Source: Parasitella parasitica NRRL 2501
Lineage: Eukaryota; Fungi; Mucoromycota
Direction of reading: 5' to 3'
NCBI GenBank assembly: GCA_025201805.1
Contig: MU619298.1
Coordinates: 107,910-171,909, forward strand
DNA length: 64,000 nt
Both the position numbers and the translations under genes were made by a program. Under the pieces are notes generated by a model. That model made no database searches and was not told the origin of the DNA. It saw only the letters and a list, made by a program, of their open reading frames with translations. Of the stretch, positions 39,451-51,369 are shown piece by piece. How positions within the stretch are numbered: the stretch's first letter is position 1; the number at the start of each line of letters is the position of its first letter.

Positions 39451-39857
39451 ATGGAAAAGAAAAGGGCTCATCACATATCAGCACCCATTGCGCCAAACTA
39501 TCGACTTGGCCATTCCACCTCAGATTCGCTTTTTGACGAATGTCCACCACCAGCATATCAGCCTCCACATCATATTGCTGCCAATATCACGGAACCACCG
39601 CAATCGTTGCAGAGTAAAAGTATCCAAAACTTGAACAGCTTCAACCAAATTAACTTTTATCAACCTACTCCACCACCGCAAACTGTAATCGTTCATCGCC
39701 AACCTACTAGATCAAAAGATGCATGCTGTTGGGGATGGTAAATAATTCACATACAGTTAATAATTGCAAAATACCTGTACCAACTTTATTTTTATTTTTT
39801 GTATTATACAGCTTAGCAGCATTATGTCTTTGTTTTGGAGCGAAAGAATGCTGCTGA
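39451..39857 (+). CDS. CYSTM (cysteine-rich transmembrane module) small protein
   Basis: PPPAY and P/Q-rich N-terminus; spliced C-terminus SKDACCWGCLAALCLCFGAKECC*. Confidence 0.8.
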
Positions 39858-40008
39858 TTAGCATTTATAGAATCCTTATAGAATATTACAACTAGAATGT
39901 ATACCCTTCCCCTCTTTCCCTTTTGTCATTAACATTAAACACCATGGTCGAGATAAAACGTTCGTTTATTTAACTTGTGTACTACCCTTTGCCTCGTGAA
40001 TTAGTTTG

Positions 40009-43000
40009 CTATTTCCATTGAAAGAAATCGCAGCTATGCTCATCGTTCGGTCCATCCTTCGGTTCAGTTGGTCTCGAACATATATAAAACACTCTGCCAG
40101 TATTGGGTCCTTTCTTGGATACGATAATTTCAACACAGGGTTGTTTATGGAATGTGCAAGTTGGTATTGCAGGTGCTTTAAAGATCGACGTCCATGCTTT
40201 TGCTGTCACCTGCTTTTCTTGAGCTTCCTCGACCAATGCATTTAGATCAAAATCTTGCTGCTGATCTTCATGTTGGGGCAATTGCTGCTTTGTTGACGTT
40301 ATGTTTGAAATCGTAGCCGTGTCCGTAGTAGTGTCTGTCTTTTCGGTAAAATAATTCGCTAATGCTGTAATGGGAGCGGGTTTCTTATTGAATGTTGCGG
40401 TTTTCTTTGATTGTTTTGTATTAAATGATGTCAAGCTGAAGAAAAATAAGTTGGGCCATTACAGAAAAAATTGGGACGCCAATAATGAAAATGGGACAAA
40501 CAATAAAATTTGGGGCACTCATTTGAAAATGGGATAAAAAAATAGGACATTTATGTTTTTAGTTATGTAGGCACATCTTGGAATACAGTTTTATACAGTT
40601 ACAGTTACGGTTATGGTAACTAATTGTTTCTTAATCCTTTTATTAAATATGTCTCTACCAAAAAATTTAGCACCTGGAAAAGACCTGATGTCAAAACGGA
40701 TTATACAGGATCCAAAAGTAATTGACCATATTACCGAGGCATTAACAGAAACACAAGATGACTATTTTGTTGGTAATTGCGAATGGAGGAATGGGATCCG
40801 CTCAGACATAGTTTTGAAGCCAAAATCTTCTATGGATCTCCTCCCCCTCTCATCATAGTAGAGATTCAACATAATGTAAACAAAAAGTTTCTAAAAAGAG
40901 CTTTTGGATATTGTTTGCAAGCAAGTACAAGATACGATGTAGAGCCAATTCTGCTCATTATATTTACAAGAAAGCTCAATCAAAAAATTCAAGACGATGC
41001 AATAGATAGTCGGCTTCCAGGCATCTACTCATACTTTTGCAAACCATGGGCAATAGACACACTACGATTGTTAAGAAATAACCCAAGTACGGCTAAAGGG
41101 TAAAGTGGGCTTGTCAGGTTTTGTGTAAAATTATCTTCTCACATGATTAGACACTCTACTACCCATGGTTTGCAAAAGTATGAGTAGATGCCTGGAAGCC
41201 GACTATCTATTGCATCGTCTTGAATTTTTTGATTGAGCTTTCTTGTAAATATAATGAGCAGAATTGGCTCTACATCGTATCTTGTACTTGCTTGCAAACA
41301 ATATCCAAAAGCTCTTTTTAGAAACTTTTTGTTTACATTATGTTGAATCTCTACTATGATGAGAGGGGGAGGAGATCCATAGAAGATTTTGGCTTCAAAA
41401 CTATGTCTGAGCGGATCCCATTCCTCCATTCGCAATTACCAACAAAATAGTCATCTTGTGTTTCTGTTAATGCCTCGGTAATATGGTCAATTACTTTTGG
41501 ATCCTGTATAATCCGTTTTGACATCAGGTCTTTTCCAGGTGCTAAATTTTTTGGTAGAGACATATTTAATAAAAGGATTAAGAAACAATTAGTTACCATA
41601 ACCGTAACTGTAACTGTATAAAACTGTATCCCAAGATGTGCTATTCATCCCAAATTTTATTGTTTATCCCATTTTCATTATTGGCGTACCAATTATTTCT
41701 GTAATGGGCCTAGTTTTTTTTTGCGGCTCAACCTATTTTCTTCAGCTGTACTTGCAGATCTTTTTAAAGAGGAAGTGGGTTGAGCTGACAAAGATACTGG
41801 CGGTTGAGAAGAAGAGGGTATGTTTTGTGGAAGTGAGGATGGCTTCCCAAAGTAACTTGACAATTTTTTTTGTTTAAATTCTGAAAAGTTAGACGTCAAT
41901 AAAGGCGAAGTGTAAAACGGCGCATGGTGATCTTGGATATCTTGATTTATCTGCAAGAAATCAGCATACACAGGACAGTGATCCGAACCAAAAATATCCG
42001 ATTGAATGTCTGCATATTTAAACCATGGCTTCAGTCCTTTGGAAGCCAGTATATAGTCGATTCTTGTGCCTATATAGAATTAGAGTTGGTTTCATGTAAC
42101 AAAATGCTTCAATATGTATTATATACCGAAATTTCCAGGTCTGTTTACGTGTGTGTTACGCGATAAAAGTTAATTGTCTAATTTGATTTCCTAAAACAAG
42201 TTACATGCCTCGCATTTAATCTTGTGTTCCAACCTTAAAAGTTACAGATAAATAAATAGTATAATATAACTGATTGAATTTGCTTACACGTGTACATTTT
42301 TGAGCGATTAGGATGGTATAGACGAGCCATGTCAATCAGTGGACCTTTGGGGTCAATCATGTTATCCAGCCAACGTCTATGTGGTAAGTCTTTAAAATCA
42401 AAAATATTATTGTCTTTCATGCTTTGTTTGGCATCAAAATGGTCAATTTCTTCGTGTACCGCATTTATATCGCCTACAAGCAATACCTGCTTGCCATGGT
42501 TTAAAAACGACTCGATCCGTTTCTGGACACAATGATGATAATCCATCTTGAAATCAATTCTTGTCTCGTTGGAATCATTTGGGAAGTAAATGTTGAGCAA
42601 GGCAAAGAACCCAAAGTCCAGAATGATGCAGCGACCTTCATCATCTAGTATTTTAGCTGGGGTACCCAAATCGTATACAAAGTCGTTATCAGTATCTAAT
42701 ACGCCAGTAATGCCTTCGTAAATTCGCCTAGGCTGCATAACGGTGTCTTTGACATATACCGCCACTCCAGAATATCCCAATTTGACTTTAGAAAAGGAGA
42801 AATAGGCGTGGTAGCCTGGCACAAGAGCCATTTCTCGTGTTAGCTTTGACCGTTGACATTTAACTTCTTGAAAACTATGTTTGTGAATATGAATATCGCA
42901 CATTGAGATATATAATCATAGTCAATGTACCAAATAATGTCAGAATCCAGCGCGTCGAGCAAGACCTTGCGAAAAGTTTAGTATTAATTGACAGAATACA

Positions 43001-43095
43001 TCATATAGCATTACTTTGTACGACTTTGTATCAGACCACGGATGATACTGCAATGTGGTGGCTAATCCATTGACATTCCATGTTAAAACTCTCAT
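40009..43095 (-). CDS. APN2: Class II AP endonuclease Apn2/APE2, last exon interrupted by a 1312-bp insertion
   Basis: MRVLTWNVNG, CFQEVK, GYSGVA, DDEGR, GDIN, RIDYIL, GSDHCPV, PIP-box-like QKKLSSYF and C-terminal zf-GRF (CTFH...GPNTGRVFYIC...CDFFQW). Confidence 0.93.
40649..41050 (+). pseudogene. Truncated, frameshifted Rpn/PDDEXK-like nuclease fragment (inverted duplicate copy)
   Basis: DLMSKRIIQDP...RSDIVL / IIVEIQH...FLKRAFGY: a PD-(D/E)XK-type D...ExQ pattern split across two frames. Confidence 0.6.
41051..41563 (-). pseudogene. Rpn/PDDEXK-like nuclease fragment, longer copy continuing through the spacer
   Basis: Same protein and same frameshift as the plus copy. The frame continues in the spacer as VVECLIM*EDNFTQNLTSPLYPLAVLGLFL. 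Confidence 0.6.
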
Positions 43096-43149
43096 TGTAT
43101 TCTGCTCACAAACAAGAATACGCACTAGCACGCAAGTCAATTTTGCTGG

Positions 43150-43875
43150 AATGCAATTCCTTGTGGTGAGCCTTCCAAAAATGCAGTCAACACATTAGAT
43201 TTTGATTCTATAGTTTCCCAACGAGATACAGTATTTTGATTCATATTTACAGGGACCTTATTGCAGCCGTGGCAGTTCATAAAAACAAGGATCCCTTTAG
43301 AAAACAACTGCGTTCTGTGGTATCCAGCATTGAACAAAGGCTATCGACGTTAGAATCACAGTTGGCCATGAATGCCACTCAGTCAAACAGTAAGATGGAT
43401 GAGATCTTGAATCGCATTAGTGATAGCTCCACTGGTCGTGCCCCTTTGAATGTCAAAATGAAAACTTCAGCCGGTGGAGATTACCAGATTCTTACAATAA
43501 CAGCAACTGCTGCATCAACTTCGACATCTCAAGCGCCAATTTCTGTGGTTGAGACTGACAATTCAGTAGAAGTGCTCCCACATAAAGAATGAGCAGAGAG
43601 TCAACTACGCTTTTTCGGCTGTGGAATGAATGGCACAATGGCATAGGTGGTGGGGATTCGGTTCAATGGATGGATAAGAATTACCCTGGGTGATTTTCAA
43701 AAGATAAAACTTATTACTCGCGAAGACGTCGTATCATCATGACGATCAAATACGCTGAGGAGAAAAACTTTGGGGAGGTCACTGCTTTAGACATTGCTGA
43801 GGCACATTGATTTCATCTTGGTAGGCCATTTGACTACTTAAGCAAACATCAAGACTCCATCTCTGCAGATGAATG
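43150..43875 (+). pseudogene. Crypton/NDC10-type element relic with a GCR1_C domain
   Basis: After ORF 43236-43592, a shifted frame reads MSRESTTLFRLWNEWHNGIGGGDSVQWMDKNYPG*FSKDKTYYSRRRRII, the GCR1_C pattern found in fungal Cryptons. Stops and frameshifts are present. Confidence 0.7.
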
Positions 43876-44655
43876 ATCTATTTTCTTAATTTATCGATTT
43901 GCTTGTTCCTCTTTATTATATTTACCTCTTTCCTTGGGTTATCAGTCCAAGAGCTTCCAGGCACTACCAAAAAAAGCTTCCAATACATCTCACCCAATTA
44001 TTGTATTGCCATCGAATATCGATTCACCTTTATTCTTATTTATAATGTAATTTAATTATATGATTCCCTGGTTATTTTTGTGGTGATCTTTGACATTTAT
44101 AATCTGAGTTTAGAACAACATCTGGCAATGCAGGTTGAAATGTATTTTTTTATTACATTCAAAAAGTTTCGATAATCATTTAAACTAAAACATATTGGGA
44201 TTTTTCATCCACAAAACAAGTTTCCTTTACTTACTGACGAGTACTCAGTTGTTCTTGGAGAAAATTCACTTTCCATTCATCACCATGGATGCCAATTAAA
44301 TCAAGGTATAAGCATTATATTGTTGATAAAAATCGTCTTCATTGGAATTGTATTCTTCGAATGGGCTCCTCGAGCACTATTGTCAAGGTCATCAACAACG
44401 TCTTTGGTGGCAAAAAATCTGCTGTTGTAACATTAGCCTTTTAGCTCAGCATTGAGAGGATAGAATCGGCAGCCTTTTTTTCTCTTTTAGAATAGTAACT
44501 TATGGGTGATATTGTGACATTTTACATCAAAATCACTGCACAATCCTACAGGGAAACATGCTAGTTGCAATTATTACCAAACTCCCACTACCCTTCTATT
44601 CAATGAGGGATAACAGTAGTAGTAGCAGCGATAACAGTATCCCTTTAGTCTTGAC

Positions 44656-45250
44656 TTGATTGGTAGTCCTCGAAACCATTTGCTCTTCAAGCAGTCGAAA
44701 AGACCATCAGCAGTATCTCGTACTTATTTCTTGCTGATTCAGCCTTTTTTTTTTTTGCCTTACAATGGTATTGTTGAATTTGACTGGATTGAGCATGAAA
44801 GTTGCCAGATTGGAAAGAGAAAGTGGGACGGAGTGCTGTCCCTTGTAGATGATCGACAGATCACAATTGCTCTGGTGGAATTCTCTGGTGGCCTGAAGAA
44901 GATATCAAGTACGAAAGAGCTCAACGATACTCAAAAATCATATAAAGAGCTTGCTCAAGCTACTCGAAAACATTCCAGAATCAAAACAAAAACAAGTCTT
45001 TTGTATTCGATTCTATGGTATGGTAAGTCTTTTATTGGCCGCACAGTATGCAGAACTCACTGTATTAGACGAGCATATCTACTTTGAGCGGCTTGTTCAA
45101 TACACAGACAGCTACCTATTTCGCGACATAATAGCCTACATCACCAGTTCTTCCAATCGTCGCCGCATTATTGATTTTATCAATAAGGTTCCTTCAGTGT
45201 TAAAATGGAGAGATGCAAGCATTAAACCGAAGCACAGTCTCTTGGAATAA
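44656..45250 (+). pseudogene. Decayed restriction-endonuclease-fold (PD-(D/E)XK-like) protein fragment, probably mobile-element associated
   Basis: FDWIEHES...KWDGV...IALVEFSGG...D..K pattern; frameshifted, no clear 5' end. Confidence 0.5.
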
Positions 45251-45662
45251 AATCTGCTTTTACAGCTCTTTTATTTAATTACTAAAATGTCTGGAACTTT
45301 CTGATATAAAACATGCTTTCGATGTGCAATGTAAACCTTTTAAATCGTCAATATATCTACTTTGTACCAATTCTACGTCTCATGTCACTTAGAATGCCTG
45401 CGACAAGTGCACCGTGGATGTAGAGCATTACATATCGTCGACAATAGAGAACAATCACCTCGCACAATAATACATCAACCAAGTTATAAATATTGACTTC
45501 AGCTGCCCTCATTCCGTTCACAATAACGATTCTTAAACGTCTATAACTGTATTTGAAAGTGTGGACAGTTAAACAAACTCCAGACTGGTAGAGGTAGCAT
45601 GTAATTGCGTCTATTACCGTTCGTTCGGAACTCGGTCATCAATACTTTTTATTTCTATCAAA

Positions 45663-47401
45663 TTATTGTGCATATCTTCTACCAGATAAAAATACAACTA
45701 AGCTTAAAGCGCATACGAACGTTGATATTTGAAACAATTTGATCGATCCATAAACAGCAAATACAAAGCCGCCAATAATGCAACCTAATCCATACCCCAA
45801 ACCAGAAAATAATGCTGCTAATATTCCCTGGGCTACTGATCTTTGCTCTACAGGGAAGAAACTGTCTACTTCAGCTACAGCTGTTGACCAAACGAGAGCA
45901 TAAGCGAAGCCTATTACTTCTGTGTTACTAGCTATCCGTATAATTCATTCAAGACATCTGTACAATACCATTGAGGACCTGCAGTGCCAAGGCAATCATG
46001 ATGGATACCGATTCATTCGGCTGCAAACACATGTACGTCAGTGCTCGAAACATAAACGATAGATAGGCTGCGGTCATTAATGAAGTTACACTATAAGTAT
46101 CAAACAGCTAATATAAACGCATGTTAGTGATGTGCAATGGCATTCTTTACAGGTGCCAGATATAAAATTCACCTTTCTTGAAAACCAAAATGTGATCACC
46201 TCTGCAACACCGCCAATTGGGCCTGTCCAGCCCATCAGCGAAGGTTCCATGCCCAAATCCCTTAATAATAAGAACAAAAACTGGCTGATCATAGAGTGAG
46301 CCAAACCATATAAAAGGATCGATAGCAAAAAGGTGTATACAAGGATTGTTTTGAGAATTGAAGGCTCTGGTAAATCGCCACCCCCATCGTGGATAGTCCC
46401 TAAAGCAGAAAGAGAAGTATCCAATGTAGGAATGTACGAGATCACTAAGCCTAATGAGGGCATTGTCGACGTGACATGTAACTCCTGATCAGCTTCCATC
46501 TGCACACTCATTGCCATACCAGAAGTTGTATGCGTCAAATATAAGGTGTTTGCAATGCTGTCTCTTCTGTGAATAGTTGTAGTTGATGAATTCCTCCTCG
46601 TATCTTGTAGCCAAGTTGGCTCAGATGTACTAGCAGGGTTATACAGATAGTTGCCACCTGCCGTAGATTTCCCTGTCAACAATGATGATCGCTCTTCCTC
46701 ATTCAAATCATCGCTGCTATTGATTCTGCGGCTGCCATTATTCGTTGTCGCTGTTATCATCTGCTGATCAAAACTTATGAACAAGGATAGTGTCACAAAT
46801 GCCATCAGTCCTACGGAAAACACAGCAAAAGGGACCCAAATTCCCTTCTGCGAGATCAAAAGGCCTACAAAGAGGATATGCAAACCATTTGAAACAGATC
46901 CCCACAGACGTTGGCTACCTAATTTGTGTCGTTTTGGAGATAAAATGTGGGTGGCAAATAAGGAGTCATTTCAAATAGATAAATACCATAAAGAAGCTTC
47001 TGATCTCCCAGTAGCTTGAGTACTGCACTATCCACAAGTGCGCATATGGGGCTTCCAAAGAAGGCGAATAAAAATGCACATAAGGTAGCCACCATCATCA
47101 CCATGTTGTCATCTAATTCAAGCTGCGGTAAAAAGTAAAGAGATATGACACTTGACCCGCCAACTGCAGCTATCAAGCCCATGATGAAACCATGATATCT
47201 TGAGTATTTGTCTGCTATGACTGTCCATAACGGGCAAGCGACGACTTGTACAAACGGAGCGATCGCCAAAAGTATTCCGATTTGATTCGAATTCAAATGC
47301 AACACTTCGCTGTAATAGATGGAAATGTATGCTATTGCTGACCCATAGAGTGAATAGAGCGTAATGTAAAGCCCTTTGGGCAGCAAAAAATAAGAGGACA
47401 T
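45663..47401 (-). CDS. MFS transporter (MFSD6/MFS_1-like), multi-exon
   Basis: QIGILLAIAPF..PLWTVIADK, ALVDSAVLKLLG, YG.QRLWGSV, SISQFLFL-like and AQGILAALFSGLGYGLG motifs; many TM helices. Confidence 0.88.
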
Positions 47402-48248
47402 CTAGATGAAGGCAATGGGAAAAGAACGAGAAAGCAAATTCACAACGAGTTTTAATGATTTGCAAAAAACTAGGCAATTAAGGTTGGTTTTAAGGAGTGT
47501 GTTTGTGTCGGCCCGCCTTTTTTCATTATATAATATACGAGATCCTTCATTCTGTTTCGAATTCGTTTCAAGCATATTCTTTGCTAAAAGGATAGGATAG
47601 AACTAATTTTCTAGTCCCAAGTCTTGGTATAATGTAGATAGTCATAAATGAATTCAAGGAGCAAAACATGAAACTCATCTACTAGCGTATTTTACACAAT
47701 TGCACGACATATTTACAGAAACTTGACCATATCTGTTGCTAATAAGAGTTACTTTGCAGTTTCTATTATAGCTGTTGACATTACTTGATGGTATATACCT
47801 GTAAGGCAATTTTATATATCTAATCAGGAAGCTATTAGAAAAAATCTCCAAAATCCATGGCATAATCCGATTTGACTTGAACACGAATGCCGTGCGTAAA
47901 GGATTCTGGGACTAATAGCAAACTTTTCTGAAAAAAATTTTTTTTTTTCAAACATGAAGACAAAACTGATAAACCCTGTAAAAGCAGCATCTCCGGCATT
48001 TGCAATCTATGGTTATCCGAATAAACCAACAAATCTATCAGGAACTGCCAATTCTGACAAGGAAAAGGTAGGGTTGCTTTTGTTTGTATACAATGATACA
48101 ACATTGCCATCTCAACGCTGTCTATTCAGCCGCTACCATAAATTTGTATAATAAACACCGGATCCTTTATTCTATTTCGAAGATGAAATATAATGCGAAC
48201 GAGTATACATCTCTCCTTGAATTACAACGGGATATCATGTTAAAACTG

Positions 48249-48278
48249 NNNNNNNNNNNNNNNNNNNNNNNNNNNNNN
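48249..48278. other. Assembly gap (N run)
   Basis: Run of n. Confidence 0.99.
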
Positions 48279-48884
48279 GAATGGTACATGAAAACGTCAA
48301 CATCCTTCTCTTTCGGATATAATAGCTATTTATATTCTTAACGCCCATCAGAAAAACAAAGGGCAGAAAAAAATTATACATTGCATATTTACAAATAACA
48401 ATTACCATACTTTAGGTCCATTAATTGTTAAGATCGATGAACTATTAACCCAATTATGGTCACTGCAAAACTTGTGACCATACATATAATATCGGTGATT
48501 GTCCTACAAGGTTTAGGCTGTGTGCAAGGACTCAACTCTCTCATTGAAGCTGTGAATGATGGCCGCCCTTTAAGCAACAGTTGGTCATTCGTTAACCAGT
48601 ACATTGAACCCCCCCACCTTTTTTTCTTTTCTTTTTCTTAAAATTGGCATAGTATGTCATTATTAGCATTCATTCTGTTTTATACCGTACTTGGTGTTGG
48701 TAGTACACAAACCAACAATCACTTTGCACATGTTCCCTAAAGATTCGTGTGTAACTGTACCGATCATTCCCAAAGATACTGTATGCTAGAAAATTTTTAT
48801 TGTTTTAGTACAAGAGTAATAATATATACGAAGGGTCGGTGAGAGGGTATAAGTACAAGAATTAAATTATAAAAAATTAAAAGA

Positions 48885-50158
48885 TCAAGAAGGAATATGA
48901 AGCAGAGAGTGAGATGTTCTACCGCTGTTACTGCTATATCTATTAAGTAGTTTGTGTGTGCTTTGTCTTCTCATCACAATCACTCTACACAGATCATCGT
49001 TGCGTTGGTCATCATAGCTAGGACGTCGTCTGGCAGGATTTAAACACGACTCGGTTTGTTCCAAGGCTGAGAAGGATATGGAGCGCCGATTTTGCGGGTG
49101 CGACAAATTGGGTGAAGAGCGAAAGGGTGAAAGATGATAGGGAACTGTATGAACTTGGCGAAATGATATCTGCTCCCACATCTCGAGCATTGTATCGCTG
49201 TATTCAATCATCAGCCTCCAGATACCGGTCCATTTGGCGTTTATCTCTTTGAACAAGTTCATATCCGTCATTATTTTACCAGGAGAATGACGTTTAATCC
49301 AGCTGGGTACCTCTTTGAGATTGTTGTCAAGTCCTGTACATACTGGAGCCAAGACAGTGGCCAATGCTTCTGGGTTCATCATGTTTGTGTCGGCATGCTG
49401 TTGAATCTTGGATGCCAAAAGCGTGATATAATAGATCAAATGAAAGTGTTCTTTTGGTAAAAGATAGATCATATGTGCGAGTGTTTTAATGGTGCATTGA
49501 TCTGATTGTCTTTCATCTGTGTTTTATTCAGTTAGTATATGCTACACCCGTATAATCGTAACGTGAAAGCCTACCATATAATTGAATGAACTGGTCATGC
49601 ACTGCTGAGGGTATCGCAGGGTCAGGCAAATGGCGCAAGTACTTTTTCACTACACCAGTAATAGCATGGATGTCATTGTGTCCCAGATCCAAATATTTCG
49701 CATAGGTTGGTGGTGTGTCAAATTCTGATTGAAGTCTTTCTACTTCGGGCGCTGCACCCGAGAGTCTAAATATACCTTCTGTGCGTAAGCCTGTTCATTG
49801 AACATTATGCATCAGTATACAAAGAGCTGTAGGCAAAAGTGCCGGCCATTCTTACCTCGCTTTATAATTTCTTCAAAGCATTGAAATACAGGAGAAGGCA
49901 CAGTTAATCCGAAATCGCTCGTCGAGCCACATAAGGAAGCTGATTTTAAAGACGCACCAAAAATCCCTTTTGTGATGGTAGCTGCTCCTAAGTTTTTTTT
50001 TAGATGATTTTCATTATCATGTCTGTGTGAAATGTACCTCGTTTATGAGATGCTGGCTGTTGATATCCCATGCTATTTAACAAGTGAAATTTTCTAATCT
50101 GCAAAAAGTCGAGCAGGTTTTGCCATTTTCTTTTGGAGGAAATGTCGTCGTATGTCAT
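48885..50158 (-). CDS. RhoGAP-domain protein (multi-exon)
   Basis: IFGASL, GLRTEGIFRLSGA (arginine finger), DIHAITGVVKKYLRHLPDP and NMMNPEALATVLAP. Confidence 0.9.
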
Positions 50159-51369
50159 TGTATTAGAGTTATCAGAGATTTATTGTATAAAAAAAGTAAT
50201 TTGTTGGAAAAAAAAAAGTGGAGAAAGAGAGAAAGAAAACAAAATAGAAAAATGCTACAAGGCACTTTTTGTATGTAACCACAAAAATAATCTGTTGCAG
50301 GCGGCCAGTTGATAATGAAAGCGTGTGATACCCAATTCTTTGAAGCATAATGATCCGCGCAAAGAAAACGGCATGTCATTATTTAAATTCTTTGTGTTAT
50401 CGCCCTATATAATATATCTCCATTCATATCCGTAGTGCTTGATGCTATATCTTATGATCTTTTGGCTTTTTGTTAACTTCTATCAAACGTTCCTCCTCTC
50501 AAAATAAAATTTATTTTTGTTTTTACTGACCAAATATGGCTTTACACGGTGGGTGTGGTGACACACAACTTCTATCAAATATTACTTACTTCCAGTAGCA
50601 TTCAACCACAGAAGCAGTAAATAATTTCTATACTTTTTAGCACAATGCAGGAGGGTTAACCCATCTTTTATTGACCAGTCCTGAATATTTCCTTGTCCAC
50701 AACCCCGCAAACGCAAACCAGTTTTGAGTGTGGCAGAAAAATCAAGTTTTGTCCAAAACAAAAATAATCACCATATACCTGAGATATGGGACATCATTAT
50801 GATCATAAAAAACTCCAGCTGATTGGCTTTTGCAAGCGTGATAAAACTCTTTGAAATTCTACAGGTGTTTATAAAATTCAAGTCAGACATCCTGATGATA
50901 TATCAACAGTTGCTTACACTCTAGGCTGAGGACGTTCAGGAACACAAGACAATGGCTAACTAATGTCAGCGCCAGCTCACATGGCTTGTTCATTTTTTGA
51001 CATTTCATTTAAATGTAGGGAACCAGCAAAATCAGTGGGGACAAAGGTGCTTGATGTAGGCTCCTTCATTTCGGATCTGTAGCCTACAATAGTCCTGGAT
51101 AACATGACATTGCAAAAGACCCAACAATTTCTATATTTGGTCTGTCGAAAAATAACTTTTCTTATCTGTAAAATCTTTCTTTCTCTTTCCTTTTTCCCTG
51201 GCCTTCCCTTTCACGTTTAAGGAGGCTTTGTATATATATATATATGTGATGTTACAAACAACAAACAATTCTAAACGTTCATCATGTGGCAAAAGGTGAC
51301 TATATTTTCAATACAGAGCATAGTTGTGATTTTGCTCTTCTTTCTCCCCTTCTATTTCAACATCTTGCC

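Larger units (their letters stand above)
40435..41746. mobile_element. Palindromic (foldback) TIR element carrying inverted Rpn/PD-(D/E)XK-like nuclease fragments, inserted in APN2
   Basis: Termini GCTGAAGAAAA...TTTTCTTCAGC; near-identical arms 40571-41050 and 41162-41641 around a 111-bp spacer. Removing it restores the APN2 frame (SAST|LTSFN). Confidence 0.9.

Noticed and set aside
40435-41746. Foldback as a pure assembly artefact
   Set aside because: APN2 resumes collinearly on both sides and the outer arms differ by substitutions and indels, which an artefact would not produce. Read-level confirmation is still needed.
40434-41747. AGCT as a 4-bp target-site duplication of the foldback element
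   Set aside because: The empty site would read ACA GCT TGA, a stop before zf-GRF; only the TSD-free A^T reconstruction keeps the frame. Not fully excluded without an orthologue.
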